DNA of 64,000 nt from an uncultured Pseudomonadota bacterium (GCA_963779495.1 CAVZYM010000004.1:25497-89496), one strand, 5' to 3'. Shown: positions 30,537-40,957, numbered from the stretch's first letter. Numbers and translations: made by a program. Notes: generated by a model not told the origin, from the letters alone.

Positions 30537-31425
30537 CATGGACCAGCCGTCGATCCTCGTCACCGGGAGCTCGACGGGGGTCGGGCGCGCCGTCGCCGAG
30601 CGGTTCGCGGCCCGCGGCTGGCGGGTGTTCGCCAGCATGCGCAACCAGGAGCGGGGAGGGGACCTGCGCGCGCGCGCCGCGGGCGAGGGCTGGCGGCTCA
30701 GCACCCCCGCGCTCGACGTGACGCGCGACGATTCGGTCGCGAGCGCCGTCGAAGGAATCCTGCGCGAGACCGGCGGGCGGCTGGATGTGCTGGTCAACAA
30801 CGCCGGCTACTTCGCCTACGGTCCGCTCGAGCGCACCTCGCCCGACGAGCTGCGCGCGCAGCTCGAGACCAACGTCGTCGGCGTGCAACGGGTGACGCGC
30901 GCGGTGTTGCCCGCGATGCGGGCCCGGCGGGCCGGGACGGTCGTCACCTTGGGGTCCGTCTCGGGACGGGTCGCGGTGCCGATGTGCGGCCCCTACAACG
31001 CCTCGAAGTGGGCGCTGGAGGGGATGATCGAGGCCTGGCGGCTGGAGCTGATCCCGTTCGGAATCCGGATGGCGCTGGTCGAGCCGGGACCCTACCGCAC
31101 CGAGCTCCACACCAACGAACGTCTGGCGGCCGCCGCCGGCGGCGCCGACGACGACTACGCCGAGATACTGGAGAGCTACCGCCGGCAGGCGGCTCGGGTC
31201 CCCCGCGCCGCAGATCTGACGCCGCTGGTCGACACCATCGAGCGGGCGGCTACCGCGGCGGATCCGCGGCTGCGCTGGCCGATCGGGCCCACGTCGTTCT
31301 CCGGCGGGCGCTTGCGGGCTTTCGTGCCCGATCGGCTCTACGAATGGCTCATGCGGCTGGCGTTCCCGATCCGCCGCCGGGCGCTCCCCGAACCCGGCAG
31401 CACCGGCGGGCGCTTGCCGCTATAA
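30529..31425 (+). CDS. Short-chain dehydrogenase/reductase
   Basis: ILVTGSSTGVG, LDVT, VLVNNAG, YNASKWALEG (YxxxK), VEPG. Confidence 0.92.
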   Translation: MADMDQPSILVTGSSTGVGRAVAERFAARGWRVFASMRNQERGGDLRARAAGEGWRLSTPALDVTRDDSVASAVEGILRETGGRLDVLVNNAGYFAYGPLERTSPDELRAQLETNVVGVQRVTRAVLPAMRARRAGTVVTLGSVSGRVAVPMCGPYNASKWALEGMIEAWRLELIPFGIRMALVEPGPYRTELHTNERLAAAAGGADDDYAEILESYRRQAARVPRAADLTPLVDTIERAATAADPRLRWPIGPTSFSGGRLRAFVPDRLYEWLMRLAFPIRRRALPEPGSTGGRLPL

Positions 31426-31435
31426 TCCAAGGGTC

Positions 31436-32236
31436 GTGTCCGCCGACAAGCTCACGCGCAAGCAGGTCGACTTCGTCTTGCGCCGGGCGGCCGAGATCGA
31501 CACCCAGCCCACGGCGGCCACCGAAAGGGCGAGCGGCGAGGCGCTGTCGGTCGGCGAGCTGGTCCGGTTGGGCGAGGAGGCCGGCCTGCGGCGCGAGGCG
31601 GTCGACCAGGCGCTGACCGAGATGCGGCGGGGCGTTCCGCTGGAGCCGGAGGACGAGCACGGCGCCCTGACCCGCACGCTGGGGGCCGGCCAGGTGGTCG
31701 TGAGCCGCGTCGTCGCCGCGCCCATCGATACGGTGCGCCGGGCCGTCGACCGCTTCCTGCGCGAGCAGCTGATGACGGTGCGCCGGCATCACGGCGACCG
31801 GGTCGAGTGGGAGCGGGCCCAGGGGATCTGGCCCGGGCTGGTGCGCTCGCTCGATTTCTCTCGCCGCTACGCCTTCTCGCTGGTGACCCGGGTCGAGACG
31901 ATCCTGACCCGCGAGGGGCCGGACGACGCCGAGACCGCGGTGACGTTCAACATCGACCTCAGCGAGATGCGCCGCGAGCGCTTCGGCCAGATGGGCATGC
32001 GCGCCGCGCTCGCCTTCGCCCTCCTGGGCCTCGGCGGCGCGGCGATGGTCCCGGGCTTCGGCGTCTACGACATCGTCGCGCTGGCGGGCGGGGGCGTGGC
32101 CGCCGGCGGCATCTTCGCGCTCGAGCGCAAACGCTACCTCGAGAGCCGCGGCCGCGTCGCGCTCGCCCCCGAGCGCTTCCTCGATCTCCTCACCCTCCGC
32201 GTCGGCCGCAACGCGCGCCCAGACGAAGAACCGTAG
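31436..32236 (+). CDS. Hypothetical protein with C-terminal TM hairpin
   Basis: GTG start; N-terminus VLRRAAEID...LSVGELVRLGEEAGL; two hydrophobic helices near the C-terminus. Confidence 0.65.
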   Translation: MSADKLTRKQVDFVLRRAAEIDTQPTAATERASGEALSVGELVRLGEEAGLRREAVDQALTEMRRGVPLEPEDEHGALTRTLGAGQVVVSRVVAAPIDTVRRAVDRFLREQLMTVRRHHGDRVEWERAQGIWPGLVRSLDFSRRYAFSLVTRVETILTREGPDDAETAVTFNIDLSEMRRERFGQMGMRAALAFALLGLGGAAMVPGFGVYDIVALAGGGVAAGGIFALERKRYLESRGRVALAPERFLDLLTLRVGRNARPDEEP

Positions 32237-32276
32237 CGCGGTGGCGCGGGACCCTCTGAGGGTCGCGAACGAGATC
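32237..32276 (+). repeat. Two-hairpin intergenic repeat, copy 3 (3' half only)
   Basis: CGCGGTGGCGC-GGGACCC tctga GGGTCGC-GAACGAGATCG. Confidence 0.65.
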
Positions 32277-32278
32277 GT

Positions 32279-33784
32279 CTAGAACGACGGCGTCGCGAGG
32301 CCGTCTTCGTCGACGGGGTTCCGGCGCCGGCCGACGCTGTGGCCGCTGCCCTTGCTCGAGCGGGACTTCTTGTCGGCGACGGGCTGCGGCGGTGGGGCGG
32401 GGAGCTTGTCGAGCGAGACGTGGAACGTCCGGTCGCTGTGCGCGTCGACCACCAGCGTCAGGTCGTGGAATCCGGGCAGCCGGTACACGTACGCCAGCGC
32501 TTCGCCCTTGCCGCTGTCCTTGGGGAGCTGGACCTCGACGGGGACGACGCCCAGGTCCTTGTTGTCCTTCTTCGTGAACAGGTGGGCGCCGGGCGGATTG
32601 GACTCGAACCGGATCGTGACCGTCTTCTTGACTGGCGCCGCGGGCGGCGGCGCGACGACCGCCGCCGGTGGCGGCGCGCACGGGCTTGACCTCGGGCGGG
32701 GGCGCCGGCTTCGACGTCAGCAGAAAGGCGGCGACCGCCGCGACCGCGAGGCCGCCGCCGATGCCGACGAACAGCTTCGTCTTGCTCTTCGGCGCGTCGA
32801 AGCCTTCGTCGATCTCCGAGCTCGCGGACGACAGCGTCGTCGCGGCGCGGGCGCGAGACCGCCTGCGTCGACGTGGCGCTCGGCATCCGGCGCATGCCGG
32901 TGCCCCCCGCGGAGGCCGGCGTCGCGAGCTTGACCTCGCCGACCAACGCCTTGCGGAGGTCCTCCATGTTCGGGAACCGCGCGTCGGGATCCTTGGCCAG
33001 CGACTTCATGATCGCCGCCGCCATGTACGGGGGCGTGTTCGGGGCGAATTCGGTGACCTGAGGCGGGTCCTCGAGCATGTGCTTGGCGAACAGCTCGCCG
33101 ACACCCTCGGCGTTGAACGGCGGCCGGCCGGCGACCATCTCGAACAGCATCACGCCCAGCGAGTAGATGTCGGTGCGGTGATCGAGCACGCCCGCGCCCT
33201 TGCACTGCTCGGGCGACATGTAGAGCGGCGTCCCCATCAGCGAGCCGGTGCGGGTCTTGACCGACTGCGAGCCGTCGGGCGACGGCGAGGATCTTCGCGA
33301 CGCCGAAGTCGAGAATCTTCACCAGCAGCGAACCGTCCGCCTTGGTGCAGAGCTGGACGTTGTGGGGCTTCAGATCGCGGTGGACGATCCCCTTCGTGTG
33401 GGCCGCGGCGAGCGCCCGGCACATCTGGCCGCCGATCGCCTCGACCCGCGTCACGTCCATCTGCCCGCGGGCGGTCGCCTCGTTGAGCGATTCGCCGGTC
33501 AGGTACTCCATGATGAAGTACGGCTGGCCGTCGGCGGTCTGGCCGAAGTCCAGGATCTCGACGATGTTCTCGTGCGCGATCATGTGAATCGCGCGGGCCT
33601 CGTTGAAGAAGCGGGCGACGATGTCGGGATCGCGCGCCAGCACGGCGTGCAGCAGCTTGATCGCGACCTTGCGGCCGATGACGGGGTGTTGCGCCAGATA
33701 GACGACGCCCATCCCCCCCTCGCCCAGTTGGCTCGTGACCCGGTAATTCCCGATCGTCTGATTGATTAAACTGGCGGACGCCAC
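32279..33784 (-). CDS. Membrane Ser/Thr protein kinase with PEGA-like extracellular domain; three apparent frameshifts (~33285, ~32860, ~32675)
   Basis: LGEGGMGVVY, VAIKLL, HRDLKPHN, KILDFGVAK, then in the next frame GTPLYMSPEQ, DIYSLGVM; TM LFVGIGGGLAVAAVAAFLL; VTIRFESNPPGA. Confidence 0.88.
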
Positions 33785-33857
33785 GGTGTGCCCCTCTAGG
33801 CTAGACGTTGCGGGGCGACAAATCTAAAAGATCTTCGCCCCACACCTACCGACACAG

Positions 33858-35043
33858 CTAGAAGTCGAATTCTGCAATTATTCCTCCGGTAGACGCGGAG
33901 GCGGTAGGGAAAAGGCGTAACCCGTGATTGGAGGCGCTCTTGGTGCCCTCCGGCGCCAGGTAGCCCTTGTAGAGCAGCACGCCGCTCGCGATGGCGAACG
34001 CGCCTGTGAATCCTACAAACACCCACTGCAAGAGCTGGTCGCGGTTGCCGGTCGAGGTGAGGCTCGCGGAGCGCTGCGCTCTCCTCCTGGTTGAGCGTCA
34101 TGTTTTTCGGCGTGCCGTTGCCGTCGCAATAGCCTGTGCTCGAGCCGCAGGGAAACCGCCGGTAGGCGTCGAGCTGGTTGTTTATGTCTTTGACGTCCAG
34201 ACCGAATTTCAGGGCGAGACCGGCTGAGGCGACCGTCCCGACGACGGCGATCCAGAAACCGGTGCGGGTCACGGTGTGCTCGTCTTGGTCCGGCGGCTCA
34301 TCGCCGCTACCCGACGACGAGGTCGGGCGAGGCTTCGGTACCTCGACCGAGACGGGGCTCAGCGTCAGGTTGAGGGGCAAGCTCTGCCCGGCGGCCAGCG
34401 TGAACTCCTGCTTGGTCGTCGTGTAGCCGCTCTTCTCGACCGCCACCTCGTGGCGCCCCGGAGCGACGTCGGCGACGACGACCGGCTCGCCGCCCGTCGT
34501 CCCCACGCGCGTTCCGTCGAGGCTCACGGCCGCTCCCGACAGGTTCGAACGGACGCGGATGGCACCGCCACCCTTGCCGCTCAGCTTCGCGAGCCAGGCG
34601 GGCGCGACCGCGCGCAGCGCGCTCGGGTCGGCGCGGGTCTTGGCCAGGGCGTCGGCGGTGAAGCTCTCGATGACCCCGCGGTTGACGTCGAGGAGCTTCA
34701 ACGTCACCAGGTAGTCGCTGCCGGACAGCTTCACGTTCCCGAAGATCAGCTTGGCGGCACCCAGCGTCTTGCCCGCCTGGGACATGCAGCCTGGGGCCTC
34801 GTCGGGGCAGGCGAACACCAGCTTCACCTCGACCAGGTCCTTGCCCTGCAGGAGCTGATAGCCCTTGGTCCCCGCCACCCGCTGCCGCAGCGCGTCCGTA
34901 ATCGCCGAAGCCACGGCGTCCGGGGCGCCATCCAGGGCCTCGAGCCCCAGCACGACGGTCGGAAGCGGCTCGTCCGCGGCCCGGGCCGGTCCCGCGAGCA
35001 CGTTGATTAGAAGCAGGGCGGGCAAGCACAGCCGCGACAGCAT
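33858..35043 (-). CDS. Secreted/membrane PEGA-domain protein; apparent frameshift near 34080
   Basis: Signal peptide; IRVRSNLSGAAVSLDGTRVGTT...PGRHEVAVEKSGY (PEGA); the corrected frame ends GGIIAEFDF-stop at 33860-33858. Confidence 0.75.
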
Positions 35044-35145
35044 GCGGCCGCCATTCTTTCTGCATGCTTAGCGCCTGTCAATGACGCCGGCCGCGCTTGG
35101 CCCTGGAATTTCGGGGGGCCAGCACGCGTGCTAGCGTGACGGTGG

Positions 35146-36780
35146 ATGCAGCTCGGCGTCTTCGGCAAGAAGGTCCTGCTCGCGCTGGTGGCGCTGCTGC
35201 TGGTGTTCGCAGGCAACGCCACGTTCACGCTGCTGTCGATCCACCGCGCCCGGAAAGGGGTTGCGGCCAACGAGGCCTATCTGGAGCTACAGGGGGCCGT
35301 GGACGCAGCCTGGAAGGCCCTCAACGACTTCGTTCCCGCGCTGGGGCGTGGGACGGCCGCCCGGCTGGATCCCAACCTGCCGCTCGCCCTGCGCATGGGG
35401 CGCAAGCAGCTGGACGACGCGCTGGGCGCGATTGATCGTTACCTCGAGAAGGAGCCGAGCTCGTCGCGGCGGCCGGACTTCGAGGCCAAGCGCAGGCAGA
35501 TCACCGTGCTGGCCGCGCAGCTGGACCAGCTGTCGGGCGAGCTGGGGGCGGCTGCCGTCGCGACCGATCCGAAGGCGCGGCCGGAGTTCGAGAGTCACTT
35601 CGCGAACCTGACCCACAGCCTGTCGCGCATGCGCCGCCCACTGCGCGGCGAGAGCGGTCAGATCGCACAGCGGTTGTCCGACGAGGAGGAGACGGCCCTC
35701 TCGATGGCGATCGCGCTCGGCGCCGCGGGGTTGGCGGTGGCCGGGATAGCTTTCATCTTCACGCTCCGGACGCTGCGCCCCCTGACGGTGCTGCGGGCGC
35801 GGGCCCGGCAGGTCGGGGGCGGCGACTACGCGCAGCGGACCGGCGTGACGTCCAAGGACGAGATCGGCGACCTGGCGCGCGAGCTGGACGCGATGGCCGC
35901 GGCGATCCAGGAGCGCGAGCAGCGGTTGATTCGCTCGGAGCGGCTCGCCACCGTCGGCCGGATGGCGGCGCAGATCGCCCACGAGGTCCGCAACCCGCTG
36001 TCGTCGATCGGCCTCAACGCTGAACTGCTGGGCGACGAGGTGGAGGGTAGAGGGGACGAGCCGCGCCGGCTGGTCGCCTCCATCATCAGCGAGGTCGATC
36101 GCCTGACCGAGATCACCGAAACCTACCTGCGCTTCGCGCGGTTGCCGCGACCGAAGCTCGAACGCGAGGACCTGGCGGTGGTGGTCGCGTCGGTGGTCGA
36201 TCTGGCGCGCGGTGAGCTGGCGCAGTCCCGGATCACCCTCGCCGTCGACGTCGCGCCGGGGCTGCCCGAGGTGGCCGCCGACGAGGCGCAGCTGCGGCAG
36301 GCGCTGATCAACCTGGTGCGCAACGCCCGCGAGGCGATGGCGGACGTGGCGCGGGGGCAGGGCGGGGGGCAGGCGCCGCGGAGCGAAGGCGACGGCCCGA
36401 TCGGGCGTCTCTCCATCGTGGTGCGGGCGGCGGCCGGACGGGTGATGGTCAGCGTCGGTGATTCGGGGCCGGGGATCGGCGCCGACGATCTGGCCAAGAT
36501 CTTCGACCCGTTCTTCTCGACCAAGAAGCAGGGGACGGGGCTCGGTCTGGCGCTCGTGCAGCAGATCGTGATCGATCACGGCGGGCAGATCGAGGTCGAC
36601 AGCGCCCCCGGCGCGGGGACGACCTTCACGATGACCTTCCCGGCGCTGGCGGAGCTGTTGCCCTCACTTGCCGCCGGCGGCGGCGCGGTGAGCAGCGGCC
36701 CGCTGGCGGTCGCCGAGGCCGTCGTAGACGGTCGCGAGCGACAGGTGGATCGCGCCGGCATCGTGGGGATGAAAGGCTAG
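35146..36780 (+). CDS. HAMP-domain sensor histidine kinase (orphan)
   Basis: TM, HAMP (RPLTVL...DEIGDLARELDAM), AHEVRNPL, QALINLVRNAREA, DSGPGI, FDPFFSTK, GTGLGLA. Confidence 0.93.
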   Translation: MQLGVFGKKVLLALVALLLVFAGNATFTLLSIHRARKGVAANEAYLELQGAVDAAWKALNDFVPALGRGTAARLDPNLPLALRMGRKQLDDALGAIDRYLEKEPSSSRRPDFEAKRRQITVLAAQLDQLSGELGAAAVATDPKARPEFESHFANLTHSLSRMRRPLRGESGQIAQRLSDEEETALSMAIALGAAGLAVAGIAFIFTLRTLRPLTVLRARARQVGGGDYAQRTGVTSKDEIGDLARELDAMAAAIQEREQRLIRSERLATVGRMAAQIAHEVRNPLSSIGLNAELLGDEVEGRGDEPRRLVASIISEVDRLTEITETYLRFARLPRPKLEREDLAVVVASVVDLARGELAQSRITLAVDVAPGLPEVAADEAQLRQALINLVRNAREAMADVARGQGGGQAPRSEGDGPIGRLSIVVRAAAGRVMVSVGDSGPGIGADDLAKIFDPFFSTKKQGTGLGLALVQQIVIDHGGQIEVDSAPGAGTTFTMTFPALAELLPSLAAGGGAVSSGPLAVAEAVVDGRERQVDRAGIVGMKG

Positions 36781-39315
36781 CGAGCGCTCCAACGCGGCCG
36801 CGCCCGCGCCAGGCTTGCCGGTCGCGATCAGCGCCCGCCCCAGCGCGCCGTGCAGATCCGGATCGGCCGGGTCGATGAAGATCGCTATCGGCCCCAGCTC
36901 GACGACCCGGGCGGAGCGGCCGGCCCGCGCCTCCCCCAGCACCACCTCCTTCGCCACCGCGTCGGTCTGGGGCTCGAGGCGCAGCGCCATCCCCAGCTCG
37001 GTCAGCCGGTCGCTGGTCCGCTGCTGCTTGCCGAGGAGCTCGGCGAGCAGCGCGTGAGGCTCGACGCGGGTCGGGTCGAAGGTGACGGCCTTGTTCAGGT
37101 GAGCCTCGGCGGCGGCGGCGCGCTGGCGGTGGATCTCGGCCAGCGCAAGCCGTACCCGGAGGTCGTAGCCGTCGTGGGGCGGGACCAGGGTCAGGATCCC
37201 TTCGAAGGCCGCGACGGCGGCCGCCGCGTCGCGCTTCGCGAGCGCGATCTCACCGCTCAGAAACAGGGTGTCGGCTTGATCGTCAGGAGAGGGTTTCGCA
37301 GCTGCCCGGGCGCGCGCGAGCGCCTGACTGGCGCCTTCGAGGTCGGTGCGCGCCAGCGCGGCAACACCGGCCCGCGCCTGTTCGCGGACCGGCGACGCGG
37401 GCGGCCCCCCGCGCGGCAGCGGCTTGAGCAGCTGCGCCGGCAGGTACTGACCGCGGTAGCGCGCGAAGCGCTGGTCGAGCTCGTCGCGAAAGGTCTGCTC
37501 CAGCTCGGCGATCGGCATCCCCGCGAGCCGCTCCAGCACCGCGGTCTCACGCTCGCCGCGACCGAACGCGGCCAGCGCGTCGCGCAGCGCCCGGAACCCG
37601 AACCGGCGTTCGAGGAAGTCGACCGCCACCGCCGACAGGGCGTAGGCGCGGGCGGCGTCGTCGCCGGTGCGCACGTTGATGAACGCGTTCGACAGCGTCG
37701 ACAGCCCCGGCAGGTCGCCGCGCAGCTCGGCCCCGTAAAGGGCGATGTCGTCGTGTCGGGTCCACTCGGGGCGGGCGCGCATCGTCTCGACCTCGGACAG
37801 CCCCTCCGTGAACCAGCGTGGGACGCGCGAGCGCGACAGCTCGATCGCGAACACGTGCGCCAGCTCGTGCGCCAGCACCATCCCCCAGTTGAACGCCCGG
37901 TTGGTGGGCGACTGCGAGGTGATGATGCGGCCGAAGCAGACGCCGGCCACGCCGATGCCGGGGAGCCCGACCGTGCGGACCGCGAACGCGCGCGCGTCGC
38001 CGTAGAGCTCGAAGGTGATGGGGCCGCGCGGTTCGAAGCCGTAGCGGGTCACGTAGTCGCGGTAGCGCTCCTCGAGAAAGGGGGCCACGACCTCGGTGAT
38101 CGCGGCGCGGGCGGCGGGCAGCACGCGAAAACGCAGGTGAGCGCTCGCGACGATCGTGTAGCTGGGGATCACCTTCTCGTAGAGGTTCAGGAGGTTGTAG
38201 GTGCGGACGTCGTAGGGATCGCGCTTCCAGGCGCGCCGGAGAGTGTCCAGCCCCGCCTCCTCGTCGCCGAGGCGCAGCAGCGTGGCGGCCAGCACCGCGA
38301 GGCAGTCGGCGTGGTCGGGATCGGCGGCAGCGCCCGCCTCGGCGACCACGCGCGCGTCGTCGTAGCGGCGGTGGCGGGTCAGCGCTTCGGCGACGTAGGC
38401 GAAGAAGCTGCCGTCGTTCGGGTGGACCGCCAGCGCCTGCTCGCGGGCCCGCGCGTAGCCGTCCCGGTCGTCGCGCAGCAGCGCCGCCACCGCGGCCAGC
38501 CGGGCGGCGCCGGGATCGCGCGGGTTGGTGCGCCGGATCGCGGCGATGTCCTCCTGGGCGGCGCGCCAGTCCTCGGCGTCGATCGCCAGCTGGCCCCGCA
38601 GCGCCAGGGCGCCTGCGTGGGCCGGGTTGACTGCCAGCGCGCGCGCGATCTCGTCGCGCGCGGTGGCGCCGTCGTAGCGATCGACGATCGCGACCCGCGC
38701 CAGCCCGACGTGGGCGTCGGGGTTGTCGGCGTCGACCGTGACCGCGTCGCGGAAGCAGGCCTCGGCGTCGGCGCCGTTGTGCTTCTCGAGCAGCACGTCG
38801 CCCCAGTCGAGGTTGGCGGCGGCCGCGCGCCGATCGGCCTTGACCGCGTCGCGAAGGACGTCGTTGGCGTCCTTCCAGTTGCCGTCGAGGCGGACCGCGG
38901 TGGCGATCGCGATCAGCTCGGCGGGGCGGCTGCGGGCCACCTTGCCGCCGTTCCAGTCGTCGTAGCTGGCGGTCAAGAGCGGCGTGAGCGCGGCGTGATC
39001 CCCGGTCAGCTCCAGAAGGCGCATCAGCGCGTCGCGCACCGGTAGATCCTCCGGATGGGCAGCAGCCGCGGCCTCCAGGCGGCGGCGCGCCTCGGGGTAG
39101 AGCCCGAGCGCCACCTCCGCCTGGGCGCCGGCGACCACCGCCGCGAGATCACCGGGCGCGCGCTGCAGCCGCGCCCGGGCGATCCGGCGCGCCTCCTCGT
39201 AACGCCCCACGCGCAGCGCTTGCGCCGCCGCCTGGCTGGTCGCGACCGTCGATGCGTCGGCGGGCGCCGCCAGCGCCAGCGTGAGCACCGCGAGCGTCGC
39301 GATTCGGGTCGTCAT
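36664..39315 (-). CDS. Secreted TPR-repeat protein with gluzincin (peptidase MA-like) domain
   Basis: Signal peptide; many TPR-like helices; LAHELAHVF...PRWFTEGLSE. Confidence 0.8.
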   Translation of the reverse strand: MTTRIATLAVLTLALAAPADASTVATSQAAAQALRVGRYEEARRIARARLQRAPGDLAAVVAGAQAEVALGLYPEARRRLEAAAAAHPEDLPVRDALMRLLELTGDHAALTPLLTASYDDWNGGKVARSRPAELIAIATAVRLDGNWKDANDVLRDAVKADRRAAAANLDWGDVLLEKHNGADAEACFRDAVTVDADNPDAHVGLARVAIVDRYDGATARDEIARALAVNPAHAGALALRGQLAIDAEDWRAAQEDIAAIRRTNPRDPGAARLAAVAALLRDDRDGYARAREQALAVHPNDGSFFAYVAEALTRHRRYDDARVVAEAGAAADPDHADCLAVLAATLLRLGDEEAGLDTLRRAWKRDPYDVRTYNLLNLYEKVIPSYTIVASAHLRFRVLPAARAAITEVVAPFLEERYRDYVTRYGFEPRGPITFELYGDARAFAVRTVGLPGIGVAGVCFGRIITSQSPTNRAFNWGMVLAHELAHVFAIELSRSRVPRWFTEGLSEVETMRARPEWTRHDDIALYGAELRGDLPGLSTLSNAFINVRTGDDAARAYALSAVAVDFLERRFGFRALRDALAAFGRGERETAVLERLAGMPIAELEQTFRDELDQRFARYRGQYLPAQLLKPLPRGGPPASPVREQARAGVAALARTDLEGASQALARARAAAKPSPDDQADTLFLSGEIALAKRDAAAAVAAFEGILTLVPPHDGYDLRVRLALAEIHRQRAAAAEAHLNKAVTFDPTRVEPHALLAELLGKQQRTSDRLTELGMALRLEPQTDAVAKEVVLGEARAGRSARVVELGPIAIFIDPADPDLHGALGRALIATGKPGAGAAALERSLAFHPHDAGAIHLSLATVYDGLGDRQRAAAHRAAAGGK

Positions 39316-39364
39316 CGTATCGCCATGGTACGATCACCCCGGACCACGACGGAGGCCCATCGAT

Positions 39365-39877
39365 ATGGCGACCGAGACGGAGGAGACGGCGAAGCGGACC
39401 GAGCTGGGCCCCGAGGTGTTCGACGACTACGACGCCTTCCTCAAGCAGGCGATCCGCGACTACTACGACAGCGGATGGAAGAACCGCCGGGGGAACTTCA
39501 TCGCGCTGGTGATCGCGTCGGGGCAGGTGATGTCGATGGCCGCCGACTCGGTCCGGGACGGCAGCGGCTTCAAGAAGGCGGCGCTGGGGGCCGCCGGGGT
39601 GGTGGCGCTGCGTCTCGGCCTCCGCTACGCGCTGGGCGGCCCGCTCGGGATCATCCTGACCGGCGCCGCGGCGGTGTCGCTCGCCGGCTACCTGATCAAG
39701 CATCAGAAGGAGATCACGGGAAAGGTCGGGACCTTCCGGACGTTGATCGCGGAGACCCGCACCCGGTTCGAGGAGGCCCAGGGGGGCTACCGCGCCGGCC
39801 GCTACGACGCCGCCAGCCGCAACCTGATGGTCGACGGTCTCCTCAAGCGCTTCCTCGACGAGATCGACGCCGTTTAG
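39365..39877 (+). CDS. Hypothetical protein with Gly/Ala-rich hydrophobic hairpin and coiled coil
   Basis: ATG 39365; DDYDAFLKQAIRDYY, AALGAAGVVALRLGLRYALGGPLGIILTGAAAVSL. Confidence 0.7.
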   Translation: MATETEETAKRTELGPEVFDDYDAFLKQAIRDYYDSGWKNRRGNFIALVIASGQVMSMAADSVRDGSGFKKAALGAAGVVALRLGLRYALGGPLGIILTGAAAVSLAGYLIKHQKEITGKVGTFRTLIAETRTRFEEAQGGYRAGRYDAASRNLMVDGLLKRFLDEIDAV

Positions 39878-39889
39878 CCGGCGTGGCTC

Positions 39890-40040
39890 TGAGTCTCTTC
39901 CGGCGACGGTAGCGTCAGAGCGAGCAACGCGAGCGAGTCCAAGCACCGGGAGGCGCGGCTCAGCCGCGCCGGTCGCGACGACCCACTCCGGGGAGGGCCC
40001 GCGGGAGGGGCGAAGCCCCTTCCGCGCGCGCGAAGCGCGT
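39890..40040. repeat. Palindrome-rich REP-like intergenic element between convergent genes
   Basis: Hairpins GGCGCGGCT-C-AGCCGCGCC, GGAGGGGC-GAA-GCCCCTTCC and CGCGC-GAA-GCGCG within 150 bp. Confidence 0.5.
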
Positions 40041-40041
40041 C

Positions 40042-40866
40042 TTAGCTCAACATCAGCGACTTGAGGCCGCCGATCGGGAAGCGGACGAGCAGGCTGGAGC
40101 GGAGGACGTTCTCGATCTTTCCGCGACCGTACTCCGGGTGGACGATGATCTCGCCCGCCTTGTAGCGTTCCTTCGGATCGAAGTACCTGACGACCGCGGC
40201 GGCCGCGTTCACCTCTTCGCCCAGCGCGCGCAGCTCGGCTGCCTTGCGCTTCGCCTCGGGATCGGAGAGCCGCGGCCGGTCGTCGACCTCGGTGGTGGTC
40301 GCGGCGGCGCTGGCTGCCGGGCGCCGGGTCGGGGTGGTGCGGTGGGTGTGGCGCGAACCGCAGACCTGGCAAAGGACCTGCTTCGGGTCGTCCCCCACCA
40401 TCGCGATGATGCTGTGGGTGGTCATCTCGGCGCACCGCCCGCACCAGGAGTCGATGTCGGCGCCGACCTTCACCTTGGTGCTCGGCGCCGCGCGCTCCGA
40501 GTTGGTCCACGACACGCCGGTGATCCGCCGCGCGCCTGGCGCGCTGGCGCCGGCGACCCGATCGGGCGTGCTCTCGGTGTTGGCCGCGGGGACCTTCGGC
40601 AGCAGCGACGCCATCCGCTTGATGTCGACCACGCGGCGGCCGATCAGGCGTTCCACCTTCATCTGCTCGGCGGGCGAGATCGACTGCAGCAACGCGCGGT
40701 AGCGCAGCGACAGCCGCTCCACCCCGGCGTGCGCCGCCGCGACGACGTCGCGTTCGTCGGAACGCTCCTGCGCCTGATGCACTTGCAGTGCGACGTCGCG
40801 CACCTCGTTTGTGAGCTCGTCCAGGGAGGGGGTGTCCTCAGCGTCCACGGCCGGTCTATTTCGCAC
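40042..40866 (-). CDS. Hypothetical protein: helical N-terminus, C4 zinc ribbon, C-terminal Tudor/SH3-like domain
   Basis: CGRC...CQVC Cys pairs; YKAGEIIVHPEYGRGKIENV. Confidence 0.7.
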   Translation of the reverse strand: MRNRPAVDAEDTPSLDELTNEVRDVALQVHQAQERSDERDVVAAAHAGVERLSLRYRALLQSISPAEQMKVERLIGRRVVDIKRMASLLPKVPAANTESTPDRVAGASAPGARRITGVSWTNSERAAPSTKVKVGADIDSWCGRCAEMTTHSIIAMVGDDPKQVLCQVCGSRHTHRTTPTRRPAASAAATTTEVDDRPRLSDPEAKRKAAELRALGEEVNAAAAVVRYFDPKERYKAGEIIVHPEYGRGKIENVLRSSLLVRFPIGGLKSLMLS

Positions 40867-40957
40867 GCCCGCTCACCGGCTGCAATGGGGTCGATGAGCG
40901 GATGTTTGCCGGCCGCCCATTTCCCCCGGTCGTGCTCCTTGGTACTGTCCGCCTCGG

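Noticed and set aside
35105-35135. Sigma54 promoter before the histidine kinase
   Set aside because: GG to GC spacing is 11, not 10; only the palindrome is retained as an observation.
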